Notes under the pieces: model-generated
What the model saw: only the letters and a program-made list of their open reading frames with translations
The model's database searches: none
What the model was told of the DNA's origin: nothing
Position numbers and translations under genes: made by a program
Shown: positions 7,727 through 16,935 of the stretch, piece by piece
Numbering within the stretch: the stretch's first letter is position 1
Layout: the number at the start of each line of letters is the position of its first letter
NCBI GenBank assembly: GCA_027622665.1
Contig: JAQBYT010000032.1
Coordinates: forward strand, 1 to 49,669
Length of the DNA: 49,669 bases
Direction of reading: 5' to 3'
From: Verrucomicrobiota bacterium
GTDB lineage: Bacteria > Verrucomicrobiota > Verrucomicrobiia > Opitutales > Seribacteraceae

Positions 7727-9622
7727 TTAATAGACGTAACGATAGTAGACCTCTAGCATAAGCGTGCAAAGAGTCGTACGATATACGTCGGCATCTTGCC
7801 CTCCTCGTTTAGCAGTCAGATTACTTCCTTCGGCAGGCCAACTACCATCTGCGTTTTGAGCCGCAAGAAGCATGGGTTCCATCCGACGATTCCATGAAGT
7901 CCAGGCAACGCCTCCGTAATTAAAAAGAGCTTGGGTATCATAATACCAAGAATACAGGTTCGAATCTTCACTACCATAATTCATGCCTTTGTTGGCCTTT
8001 AAAATATGTTGACTAGCCTTCGTTAGAACCTCTCTTTTTTTCTCTTGAGAGGGATGTCCCGTCTTCCAAGACTGCAGGCCTAATGAACCGACTCCGGTAA
8101 GTTTGTGGCTGGCATTATTCGAATCGGAAGCTTTCCGGTATCCAAAGCCTCCGTTCTTTGGAGAATACACTCGATAAAAATTCTTCACGGCCGCCTCCAG
8201 CGCAGGCTCGACTCCGCGAAAAACAACACCGGTATTAAAAGCAGCCTTTAGAGCTTGGAACTGCCAACCACTGACCGAGGTATCACTGGCTTCTTTGACG
8301 TTCTTGTTAAAGTCATCGAACCGCATATTGTCCGGTCCCTTGATTTCTTCTAAGTAATACCATCCTCCATCCTGTTTCTGTCCAGCCACAATACGGTGCA
8401 CGGCTTTTTCCAGCGTGGGCAAAATAAAACCCTTTTCCGTCATGCCGTAAGACTCCGCCAAAGCATAAGTAGCGATCCCTTGAGCATAAGCGGCACCGTG
8501 TCGTTTGTTGGTGGTGTATAGCCAGCCATCCTTTTTTATTCCAAGGTCTACAAGATAGTTGATGCCCCTAGTGACAGCATTCCCGTAAACGACGGAATCC
8601 GTAAGGTCGCAATGACCCAAGTAACAAAGCAAGGCAAAGCCGGTCATCGCACCATGGGCAGTCTTCCCCCATGAACCGTCCTCGTTTTGGTTGTCCGTCA
8701 GCCAATTAAGTGAATTAGTTACGGCCCGTTCCACTGCAACCGGATTCTGTACGCCTGCACGACGTAAACGGGAAAACCTCCCTAACTTATCGCAACGACC
8801 GCTCATGGACTTGGGAACAGCAATTCCTAGAGTGTTTTTGCCCGCACGGACATTAAGAACCTCTTGACCTTTAGTCTTACGCACCACGTCAGGTTCACGT
8901 TTATCGCCTTGAAATACCGTGATGTCGAAAGCGAGCGAATTGTCATCTGCCTCAAACACGAGTTCGGCGTCGGGATCCCCCACTTCCACGTTTTCGTCGT
9001 CTTCGCCCACGCGAGCCAACAGTTCGTCTACGGCATCGGCTTTGCCCAAGTCAGCCTCGCCGGGATCAACTTGATCCGGAATCTCTTGAGCGGAAACATT
9101 GGTCAGCTGACCTGTTCCGGCAACAGCACCGGCAATATCAGGATTGAGCACCTGTGCTTCCCGCATGGCATTCTGGTTGTCTTCATTGGCCCCTCCCTTC
9201 GTAGCATCGTCGCCTTCGCCTCGACCGACGTTGCCCAAACGAGCCCGTTCTCCGCCCGAAGCTATATTAGTGCCCAAACTCTCTGGAATATTCTGCCCAT
9301 TGGTTTCGTCACCCGGAGCTTGCCCGGCCTTGGCGATGGTGTCCTGACGCTCGTCAGAGAGGGTCTTGAGCAAGAAAAGCCCTAGCGCCATGGCGACCAG
9401 CAGGTAGGACATCGCCAAGTTCACCCATGGAAGTGGTCCCACAGCTCGCGGTAGTCGGCGCTTGCGTTCCTCAAAGAAAGCAAGGTGAGAAAGAGCCAAC
9501 TGCCCTAATGCGACAAAGAGGAGTGCCGCGCCTAAGATCAAGCCTCCAACTAGAAAGCCCGCTCCCATCGCCACCGCCAATCCTCCGGCAAGTACAAAAG
9601 AAGCTATCAACTTGCTCGACAT
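7727..9622 (-). CDS. Membrane-anchored prenyltransferase/squalene-cyclase-repeat (alpha-alpha toroid) protein
   Basis: About three N-terminal TM segments, an acidic linker and QW-type motifs NQNEDGSW, GQKQDGGW, AQNADGSW; DTSVSGW; ends LMLEVYYRY. No DXDD cyclase motif seen. Confidence 0.85.
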   Translation of the reverse strand: MSSKLIASFVLAGGLAVAMGAGFLVGGLILGAALLFVALGQLALSHLAFFEERKRRLPRAVGPLPWVNLAMSYLLVAMALGLFLLKTLSDERQDTIAKAGQAPGDETNGQNIPESLGTNIASGGERARLGNVGRGEGDDATKGGANEDNQNAMREAQVLNPDIAGAVAGTGQLTNVSAQEIPDQVDPGEADLGKADAVDELLARVGEDDENVEVGDPDAELVFEADDNSLAFDITVFQGDKREPDVVRKTKGQEVLNVRAGKNTLGIAVPKSMSGRCDKLGRFSRLRRAGVQNPVAVERAVTNSLNWLTDNQNEDGSWGKTAHGAMTGFALLCYLGHCDLTDSVVYGNAVTRGINYLVDLGIKKDGWLYTTNKRHGAAYAQGIATYALAESYGMTEKGFILPTLEKAVHRIVAGQKQDGGWYYLEEIKGPDNMRFDDFNKNVKEASDTSVSGWQFQALKAAFNTGVVFRGVEPALEAAVKNFYRVYSPKNGGFGYRKASDSNNASHKLTGVGSLGLQSWKTGHPSQEKKREVLTKASQHILKANKGMNYGSEDSNLYSWYYDTQALFNYGGVAWTSWNRRMEPMLLAAQNADGSWPAEGSNLTAKRGGQDADVYRTTLCTLMLEVYYRYVY

Positions 9623-9684
9623 GGTTTAGGTGGCCGGTCGGGAACGGGCCTTCTGGCTAAAAGTACTCAGGTTAAAATCAATTA

Positions 9685-12339
9685 CTACCGCTCTACGCGT
9701 ATTTGGGCAGTGTACTTATTTTTGCAACCATTACTGCAGAAAGCTATGGTTTTGCCATTGTGCACGACGGTAATTCCAGGATCAACGGCACGGCCTGGCT
9801 TCATGGGACAATTTGAATTTTGAGCAGTGCCCGCCGACGCCGCTATCTTTCCGCCATCCTTGTTCCCCACATACTTACCATCTTCGAGTCCACCGCCGTA
9901 AGTGCCCAAGTCCAAGCCCACTTTTTTGGCAGCCTTGAAGATCGTGTCCATATAGTATTGGGAGTCACCCTCGGACTGGATGTGATACTCGTCACTGAAG
10001 ACAATACCATCGTGATTACGGATGTGATGACGATTTTCCTGCCAGTAATACGGTTTCAGGTTGTGACCGTTACCGGAGAGATAATTCTCACCCTGCCAAG
10101 CACTTTCCACAAACTCCTTGAACGACTTGGCGAACGTCTTGCCTCGATCCACTTGGAACATGACCCCACGATAGACTCCGCCGAAACCGTTAAGCCGTTT
10201 GCGCAGTTCACCCAAGTCCTTGAGATAATGTTTCTCGGGGTTCTTGTTGAAAGTGGGCAGATGATAGGACGGTGCTCCTTCATCCTGAAAAGCAAGTGCG
10301 AGCACATTTTCCTTCTTTGCGGCTGCCGCAAAGAACTCAAGTGAACGTTCACCGTCATCGGCAATGCCCGGAGTACCAATTTCCTTGGCGCCAACTACTT
10401 GAACACGGCGGTTGTACAAACTCTCGTCGTTCATGTAATAAGGCAGAAGAGCATCCTTCATCATGCCATCGCGCATTTCCATAAGAGCTTTGCGAGTAGA
10501 AAGGATTGAGCCACTTTCGTCTACATACATCATGATGAAGAGGTTCCCGTCGGGGGGAAGGTTTTCCCAATGACGTTCGTCTTCGTCGCGACCGATCCCA
10601 TCGTGTCCCCCGATGCCATGACCGGCTACGCCGTCACAATCCGCACAACCCTTGTCACCGCATCCTTCGCACTTGATTCCCAGACCTAAGGGATGGTTCA
10701 CCTGACCAGGCATCAATCCTGCAGCGACGCCTGCGCCTGCGCCGTTGACTAGTCCACCTACTCCTCCGGCAACGCCAGGGGCCAAGGCAAGAGCAGGACC
10801 ACCGGTTTCACCGGGGTTACTGGCGGGATCCTTGGGATTGGTAAGCGCGGCAAGCTCCTCGCCATCGTTAAAGCCATCGCCATCGGTATCTTCATTGGTA
10901 GGGTTAAGTCCATAGAGCGCTTCAAGCGAGGCAGGAACACCGTCACCATCAGCGTCTCCGCCCGGAGCAGGCGTACCAGGCTTGCTACTAGCCATTAGTG
11001 GATTAGAAAGACCTCTGATTTCGTCGGAATCACTCACTCCGTCATTATCCGTATCATTGGACTTGGGATTCGTTTTGAAAACAGACTCCATCGCGTCGGG
11101 CAATTCGTCTCCGTCACCATCAGGTCCTGCGGGAACGGCAGGAGCGGCAGGAGCATATGAACCGATTCCACCAAGGGCTGGAACAGCTTTCCCATCGAGA
11201 ACAGCTTGACCGATTCCTGCACCGATACCGGCGAAACCTGCGGCAGCTCCGACACCTGCATTACCGATGCCGGCTCCTACGCCTTGGCTCGGAAAGTTGT
11301 AAGCATAAACTTGGCTACCTTCACCTATTCCGGGAAGATCACCCTTACCGGCGCCACGACCATCATCGGCGAAGTCGCCGACGTCGCCCAAGTCATCATC
11401 GCCACCGCGTCCGTTCTCGTCCAATTCGAAGCGAGTAGCATCCACATCGTTGTTACCACCTAAATCGAGACCAATATTGTCCCTGTCGCGAACGAGATCG
11501 TCATCTTCACGAACAACCAAAAGATCATCATCGTCATTGTAGATTACCAGCAAGTCGTCGTCATCGCCACCGAGACGACGGTCGAGAATGCCTAAGTCGA
11601 CGTCATCGTCTCCACCGCGTCCGCCACGACCACCGCGTCCGCCAAAACCAACGCGATCAGGACCACCTACGCCGCCCTCGACGGCACCATCGCCAAGATC
11701 GCGACCAGCCAATCGCAAATGACGATCGTCATTATCGACGAAAAGTAGACCGTTGTCACGATCCGCATCGACAACCAAGTCTCTGCCGCGATCAATGAGA
11801 ACATCGTTGCCACGGTCAACAAAGACATCGTTATCACGAACAAATCCACCTTCGTTGACGGTTACGAATCGCTCTTTGGTTTCAAGCACTTGCCCGCTGT
11901 TGGTATCTTTAATCGTGTAGATGACTTTGTGCTGACCAGGTTCGTTAACATCGACAAATGACATTTCCTCAACGAATGCAGTCATGTCCTGCCCATCCAC
12001 CGAGGCGGTCCAACCGGGATCAGTCCATTCCTGCCCGAGGGGCCAAGCGATACTTTTTCCCCCGACCAGAGAAATGATGGAATCTTCGCCTGCAGCGCCT
12101 TCGGCGGCTCCAGCAAGTTCTCCCTCGTCCACGGTTCCCTTATCTTCGTTTTGAGCAAGCTCGACACCGTCGTCTCTCTTGCCCAAGAATACGAGAACGC
12201 CAAAAGCGACGGCAAAGGCGTAACCTCCGATGAGGTTGCCCAAGGCCATCGGCCTGTGCTTTGCGTTGATGGAAGTCTCTTCGACTTCTTCGTCAATCAT
12301 CGAATCCGTCGGATTCTCCTTGGTCTCTTCCTTGCTCAT
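9685..12339 (-). CDS. Membrane-anchored multidomain protein: Ig-like (DUF5011-like), Asp-rich region, TSP3-type Ca-binding repeats, Cys motif, vWA-like and YHS-like domains
   Basis: TM near the N-terminus; ISLVG..WTDPGWTA..VDVNEPGQHKVIYT; DTDNDGVSDSDE and DTDGDGFNDGEE; CEGCGDKGCADC; YVDESGS; CPMKPG...IAFCSNGC. AGGAG SD upstream of the ATG. Confidence 0.8.
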   Translation of the reverse strand: MSKEETKENPTDSMIDEEVEETSINAKHRPMALGNLIGGYAFAVAFGVLVFLGKRDDGVELAQNEDKGTVDEGELAGAAEGAAGEDSIISLVGGKSIAWPLGQEWTDPGWTASVDGQDMTAFVEEMSFVDVNEPGQHKVIYTIKDTNSGQVLETKERFVTVNEGGFVRDNDVFVDRGNDVLIDRGRDLVVDADRDNGLLFVDNDDRHLRLAGRDLGDGAVEGGVGGPDRVGFGGRGGRGGRGGDDDVDLGILDRRLGGDDDDLLVIYNDDDDLLVVREDDDLVRDRDNIGLDLGGNNDVDATRFELDENGRGGDDDLGDVGDFADDGRGAGKGDLPGIGEGSQVYAYNFPSQGVGAGIGNAGVGAAAGFAGIGAGIGQAVLDGKAVPALGGIGSYAPAAPAVPAGPDGDGDELPDAMESVFKTNPKSNDTDNDGVSDSDEIRGLSNPLMASSKPGTPAPGGDADGDGVPASLEALYGLNPTNEDTDGDGFNDGEELAALTNPKDPASNPGETGGPALALAPGVAGGVGGLVNGAGAGVAAGLMPGQVNHPLGLGIKCEGCGDKGCADCDGVAGHGIGGHDGIGRDEDERHWENLPPDGNLFIMMYVDESGSILSTRKALMEMRDGMMKDALLPYYMNDESLYNRRVQVVGAKEIGTPGIADDGERSLEFFAAAAKKENVLALAFQDEGAPSYHLPTFNKNPEKHYLKDLGELRKRLNGFGGVYRGVMFQVDRGKTFAKSFKEFVESAWQGENYLSGNGHNLKPYYWQENRHHIRNHDGIVFSDEYHIQSEGDSQYYMDTIFKAAKKVGLDLGTYGGGLEDGKYVGNKDGGKIAASAGTAQNSNCPMKPGRAVDPGITVVHNGKTIAFCSNGCKNKYTAQIRVER

Positions 12340-12550
12340 TTTCTGTCTCCTGGTTGGCTGTTTCTGGTTCGGTGGTGTTACTAAACTGATTAAATGCTAA
12401 GTGTGCGGTCACAATTTGTCCGACAAACGCGACTACTCCCAAAAGCAAAAATATAGGATTATTTACTATTGCAGTATCCGCTATGCCCCAAATCAAGGCA
12501 AGTAGGAAAACTCCTAGAAAAGCAAATGATATTATTAGTTCTTTAGGCAC
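12293..12550 (-). CDS. Small two-TM membrane protein
   Basis: 85 aa, GTG start, two hydrophobic segments. GQIVTAHLAF resembles GQLALSHLAF in the N-terminus of 7727-9622. Confidence 0.65.
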   Translation of the reverse strand: MPKELIISFAFLGVFLLALIWGIADTAIVNNPIFLLLGVVAFVGQIVTAHLAFNQFSNTTEPETANQETENEQGRDQGESDGFDD

Positions 12551-12623
12551 GGTTGGCAGGTTTTTCTATGGTTAGTTTAAATAAACGACTTGAATTTGGC
12601 GCGTCGATAGATAAAAGGCAAAT

Positions 12624-13544
12624 TCAGTTTTGAATAATATTCACTAGGGATTCGCTTAATTTCAAGCGAAGAGGCAATTCGGATACGGGCATCCAATTAT
12701 AGGACACGTCGCGTAGGGCGGCTTCATCCCGTATTTTGTTAAATAGAGCAAAGCTATCGGATTCGGAATGAACAAAGAGATTAAGGTAAAAAGCCTTCTT
12801 TACCGTACGGGCGGCATCTCGCACGGAGTTGAGAAACGCCTCGAGCTGTACGGCGTCATTGGGATCGATGCCTCGGGCTGGATCAACACCGACCTCTAGA
12901 CGCCCATCGGGCAGAGTACCCCAGTCAAGTCCGTCCTCGTTCTTGAAGATTCGACCTAGATTGAGGGTAAGCATAGGATAAAGTCGACCATGAGCGATAA
13001 CCACGGGCAGTTGCTCCTTTTGAGTGCCCTTAGCTTGAGGGAGGCTAACCTTCCGATAAGGTTTCTTTTTCAACTCTTGCGAAAGTTGCTGAAAAGAGAG
13101 GATGGTCTCGAGCCGGGTGATTTGCTCCTCGGAAGTGAGACGGTTTTCTTCAATCGTCAATTCGTCCGTGACTAGTTTTTTGAGACGAGTCGTGCTGCGA
13201 GTCGCCAAATCTTCCGCGGCGGCGCCATTTTCCTTCAATGCATCGACGTCGTCCTTCAAGTCAGCGATTTCCTTGCGGGCATCGTCCATTTCGTCTTCGA
13301 CGTCGGTGATGTCTTCCGCATGTTCATCCTCAAGATCCAAGAGGGAGTTCCGCAGTTGGTTGCGCTGCTCGATCAAGTCGGAACGATTATCATCGGTCTT
13401 GACGATTTTGTCGTACAGTTCCTGGCTCTTCTCATTAACGCTCAGCGCAAGAAGCAAGGCGATTAGGATAATCCCGCCGAACGTGTTGCAGAGAGTGTCG
13501 AGCAACATGTCTAGGCTTCCTGTACTTTCTTCTTCTCGGGCCAT
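12624..13544 (-). CDS. Single-TM coiled-coil protein, ExbD/MotB-like partner 2
   Basis: SLDMLLDTLCNTFGGIILIALLLAL places an Asp at the start of one TM helix, followed by a coiled coil and a C-terminal alpha/beta domain; lies downstream of a MotA/ExbB gene. Confidence 0.7.
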   Translation of the reverse strand: MAREEESTGSLDMLLDTLCNTFGGIILIALLLALSVNEKSQELYDKIVKTDDNRSDLIEQRNQLRNSLLDLEDEHAEDITDVEDEMDDARKEIADLKDDVDALKENGAAAEDLATRSTTRLKKLVTDELTIEENRLTSEEQITRLETILSFQQLSQELKKKPYRKVSLPQAKGTQKEQLPVVIAHGRLYPMLTLNLGRIFKNEDGLDWGTLPDGRLEVGVDPARGIDPNDAVQLEAFLNSVRDAARTVKKAFYLNLFVHSESDSFALFNKIRDEAALRDVSYNWMPVSELPLRLKLSESLVNIIQN

Positions 13545-13646
13545 AGTGTTATAAAATCAATCAATTAAAAAGGGAGTCTATGCTTATTAGACGCGGTATA
13601 AGCGAGTTTCTTAGAAAAAAGTGAATCTTTTTTAAATTATCCTGAA

Positions 13647-14690
13647 TTAGAGGTCCTTCAAAAGTGCTTCGAAGGTGTCGGGTTGCTTGTCGGTGAAGAG
13701 AAGAGCCGCTTCTTCGTGAATGGGTTCGAATCCGTATTTGAAACCCAATATTTTAGTCAAATTGTTCTTTGGGTCGCAAAGAAGCTTGTAGAGGTTCTTG
13801 CTAATCTGCCCCCCCCCTCGACCAGGTGCATTCACAATGGCCTTGCAGGCCGATGGGCGGAAAAAATACACGAAGAAGTGCTTACCTGGATCGTATTCTC
13901 TAAGAGCCTGTACGAGCGTCTTGGTATAGTCGGCGGCATTCACTTCATAGGTTTGCTGCTTGCCATTGAATTCACCAATAGTGAACTCGGTTCCACCGAG
14001 ACCGACCAAAACCGGTTTTTCCGCCGTATTGTTTTGTTGGGGAATGACCCTGACCTCGTTTTCGATTTGGGATTTGATCTGTTCGATTTGAGAATTGAGA
14101 TGGTTATCGAGTTCTTCTAGCTCAAGTTCACTCATCTCGGAAACCGTGCGCACGACTCGCGAATCGATCTGATCCTCCAATCCCTCTTCCTCTTTTTCGA
14201 GTTCCTCAATTCTGGCCTGAGCAATGTCGAGGTTCAGCTCGATCTTTTCGATTTTCTCCTTGATGAACTTCGTATCATTGGAATCCTCTATACCCAATTT
14301 GCGCTTTTCCCGCTCCAGATCGAGGTTCAGACGTTCCAATTCCTCGTTCAATACTTCCAAATCGCTGTTCTTTTCCTCAATCTGAACAAAGAAAGTCTTG
14401 TTGGCATCAACCATTTGCTGGTTTATCTCGGCAATTTCAGCAACGATCGCTGTGGCGCAGAAATCATCCACGACCACGGTGGCATTGCCTTCGCCCTCCC
14501 TTTTTCCCGTAATATGCTCGACGGGTGACAAAGCTTCGTCGGGATTGTCACCGGGGTCTTCCGACTCGGGATTTACTTGAAGAGCTAAAATAAGAGCAAT
14601 CAGAACCAAGATACCGATCACTGCCGTGATGATGTCTTGAAACGCGAAGAAGCTAACCTTCTCGTCGGAAACCCTTCCCCCTCTAGCCAT
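13647..14690 (-). CDS. Single-TM coiled-coil protein, ExbD/MotB-like partner 1
   Basis: SFFAFQDIITAVIGILVLIALILAL with an intramembrane Asp, long heptad region and C-terminal alpha/beta domain; directly follows the MotA/ExbB gene. Confidence 0.72.
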   Translation of the reverse strand: MARGGRVSDEKVSFFAFQDIITAVIGILVLIALILALQVNPESEDPGDNPDEALSPVEHITGKREGEGNATVVVDDFCATAIVAEIAEINQQMVDANKTFFVQIEEKNSDLEVLNEELERLNLDLEREKRKLGIEDSNDTKFIKEKIEKIELNLDIAQARIEELEKEEEGLEDQIDSRVVRTVSEMSELELEELDNHLNSQIEQIKSQIENEVRVIPQQNNTAEKPVLVGLGGTEFTIGEFNGKQQTYEVNAADYTKTLVQALREYDPGKHFFVYFFRPSACKAIVNAPGRGGGQISKNLYKLLCDPKNNLTKILGFKYGFEPIHEEAALLFTDKQPDTFEALLKDL

Positions 14691-14749
14691 GAATTAGATT
14701 AATTAAGTTTTGTCCAGGAAGCAAATAGACCACCAAGAATGACTTCGCT

Positions 14750-15754
14750 TTAGGCTCCTCCACGACGACCGCCGCTCTTTTCGAGTTTCAATTTGGCCAA
14801 AACGTAGGATTGGCAATATTCGTTGCACTCGTCCAACAAAAGAAATTCCTGCCGTTTGCGAAAGGTCATCACCATCTGAACGATAATCGAGGCAACCAAG
14901 CCAAGTAGGGTGGTGTCGAACGCAGTCGAAAGACCTCCGGTGACATCCGTCAGGGAGTCCTTGAGGGCTGTAATGTCCCCAGTATTCTGAATAGTGATGC
15001 CGAACTCACCGATGGCCGCGCCCAAACCTAGAACGGTTCCGATGAAACCAAGCACGGGAATCGCCCAGTTGAAACCGTTAATCAGACTGTAACTAGCCAA
15101 TACCTGATCCTCGTCAATGGATGCTTGAGCATTGGTCAAGCTAGCTACCTCGGAAATTTCACCAATGTTTTGCAAATTGGATAAGGCAACGTCGATCCGG
15201 TTGAGGAGAAGGTAATGCTTCGGATCATCCACTTGCCCCCTGATCCGCAACAGAGCGTCGCGAGCAGTGGCGTTGTTTAGGAAAAAGTTAGGATCCTGCG
15301 GTATCAGATTCAGAGTAAGGATCTTGCGCTGAAAACTCACCTTGCGCCCCTTTATGACGAGAATGGTGAGAGCCCAGAAGAAGAACATCATGATACCTGC
15401 AGCCATAACGTAACCGCCCATGCCTCGATTGATGAACTTGTCGGCAAAATCCTTATGAATGGGAATAGGTTTGGCTTTTGTCTGTGGAGTGCCGTCCTCC
15501 AGTAAGGCGGGGGTGCCGTCCTCCTGTAGTACGGGCACGTTGTTGTTTGCCTTCCACTCTTTATTCGTTCCCGTATCCCCGATGACAAATTCGAGAACCA
15601 CAAAAAACAAAGTGGTAAATATAAGTCCCACCAAGAATGTGAAAAAAGCGTTGGTGTCTGTAAAGCGCCCACCACTGAACCCGAGTTTCTGCTCGATGTC
15701 CTGTGTGGTCCAACTTAGTTCCGGTTCGTCAAATCCTACTCCGCTGTCAGCCAT
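14750..15754 (-). CDS. MotA/TolQ/ExbB proton-channel family protein
   Basis: WAIPVLGFIGTVLGL and GLSTAFDTTLLGL motifs; about four TM segments. Confidence 0.92.
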   Translation of the reverse strand: MADSGVGFDEPELSWTTQDIEQKLGFSGGRFTDTNAFFTFLVGLIFTTLFFVVLEFVIGDTGTNKEWKANNNVPVLQEDGTPALLEDGTPQTKAKPIPIHKDFADKFINRGMGGYVMAAGIMMFFFWALTILVIKGRKVSFQRKILTLNLIPQDPNFFLNNATARDALLRIRGQVDDPKHYLLLNRIDVALSNLQNIGEISEVASLTNAQASIDEDQVLASYSLINGFNWAIPVLGFIGTVLGLGAAIGEFGITIQNTGDITALKDSLTDVTGGLSTAFDTTLLGLVASIIVQMVMTFRKRQEFLLLDECNEYCQSYVLAKLKLEKSGGRRGGA

Positions 15755-15807
15755 AATTTTTCTGTTGGTTTAAGATGTAAATGTATCAATCGGTGGTGAA
15801 CGTCGGA

Positions 15808-16932
15808 TCAATCTTCGTTTTCTTCCGCATCTTCAGGTCCAGAAATTGCCATCGGATCATCCATAGGTTTTGCCCGAGCAACCGTGCCGCAAGCAAGGTC
15901 GTGCAAACCCTGGCGACGACGGGACACGAACACGATAAAGGGCAGGAGGATCGTAATGGCAAAAAGGCTCTTGAGAAGAGCTCGAGCGGATGCTCGACCG
16001 AATCCAATTTTCGAATGGTCTTGAGCGTTCACAATTTGAATTTTAGCGACTCGCTGACCAAGAGAGGCCATCGCCTTGGAAGACTCGGTCAGGGCGAAAT
16101 AAATCCAGCCTAGAATAGCAAGTACACCCCACATCGTAACCAGCTCCAAAAGCCAAAATCCCAAGTGGGCATTAGTGGCGACGAATGCAATGAGCCATAG
16201 AATACAAACCGCAACTCCTAGAATACCCCAATCGATCAAGGCCGCCAAGGCGCGCGGTCCGTGTTCGGCAAGGCCGGCCGTTTCGGGATCGTCCCCACCC
16301 TCGACTACAGTTAGAGGTTCGAATTCCCGTTGCTCTCTTGCGGGCTTGGCAGGTGCGGCCACGGGACCAGTGATCGATGGAGGAGCAGGTGGAGCTCCGA
16401 CAGGGGCGGGAGGAGGTTTTGGCGGAGGAGGAGCTGCGGCGCCGAGTCCCTTTATCCCATCCGAGATGCCGGGGATCGACGAAAGGGGCACCCACTCCGG
16501 AAGCCCTTGAAACCAAACCATGTCGGAAAAACGAAGATTACCACTCTTCAAATAGTCTTTGACCTCGGGGAGGAGATATGGCCCGAACGGTTGGCCCGAA
16601 CGGTTGACGCTGATCTCATCGGCAGGACCAGGTACGGGAACCTTGATCGGCTCGGGTTCAGGTTCGGGCTTCTTTTCCGCTTCGGCTGCCTTCTGAGCGA
16701 CGGAAGCTTCCTTTTCGATCTCCTCGAAATCCTTCTCGATGTTTTGCTCAGGCAGTTCTCCCTGTTCGTGCTTTTCTACGAAATCGCTGACGCTCATCCA
16801 GTCCTGTTTAACCTTAACCTTGTGAATGGTACTAATCGCCTTCTGGCGGAGTAGGTCGACTATCTCCAACGCAGTGTAAGGTCCTTCTTCCTTACCTCTC
16901 TTGGAAACAGTGTATTTTTCTTCGTAGCTCAT
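15808..16932 (-). CDS. GYF_2 (DUF4339)-like x2 plus RDD domain membrane protein
   Basis: GKEEGPYTALEIVDLL and GQPFGPYLLPEVKDYLKSGNL..VWFQGLPEW; poly-Pro linker; RDD motifs RALAALID, SLGQR and RQGLHD. Confidence 0.88.
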   Translation of the reverse strand: MSYEEKYTVSKRGKEEGPYTALEIVDLLRQKAISTIHKVKVKQDWMSVSDFVEKHEQGELPEQNIEKDFEEIEKEASVAQKAAEAEKKPEPEPEPIKVPVPGPADEISVNRSGQPFGPYLLPEVKDYLKSGNLRFSDMVWFQGLPEWVPLSSIPGISDGIKGLGAAAPPPPKPPPAPVGAPPAPPSITGPVAAPAKPAREQREFEPLTVVEGGDDPETAGLAEHGPRALAALIDWGILGVAVCILWLIAFVATNAHLGFWLLELVTMWGVLAILGWIYFALTESSKAMASLGQRVAKIQIVNAQDHSKIGFGRASARALLKSLFAITILLPFIVFVSRRRQGLHDLACGTVARAKPMDDPMAISGPEDAEENED

Positions 16933-16935
16933 GGT

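Noticed and set aside
15490..15535. Short tandem duplication (LQEDGTP/LLEDGTP) in the MotA loop
   Set aside because: Real, but only two copies in a variable loop; no function can be inferred.
12624..15754. Zorya (ZorAB), flagellar MotAB or canonical Tol/Ton
   Set aside because: The A subunit lacks the long ZorA tail, the B subunits lack a recognisable OmpA domain, and no zorC/D/E, flagellar, tonB or tolA/B/pal genes are visible.
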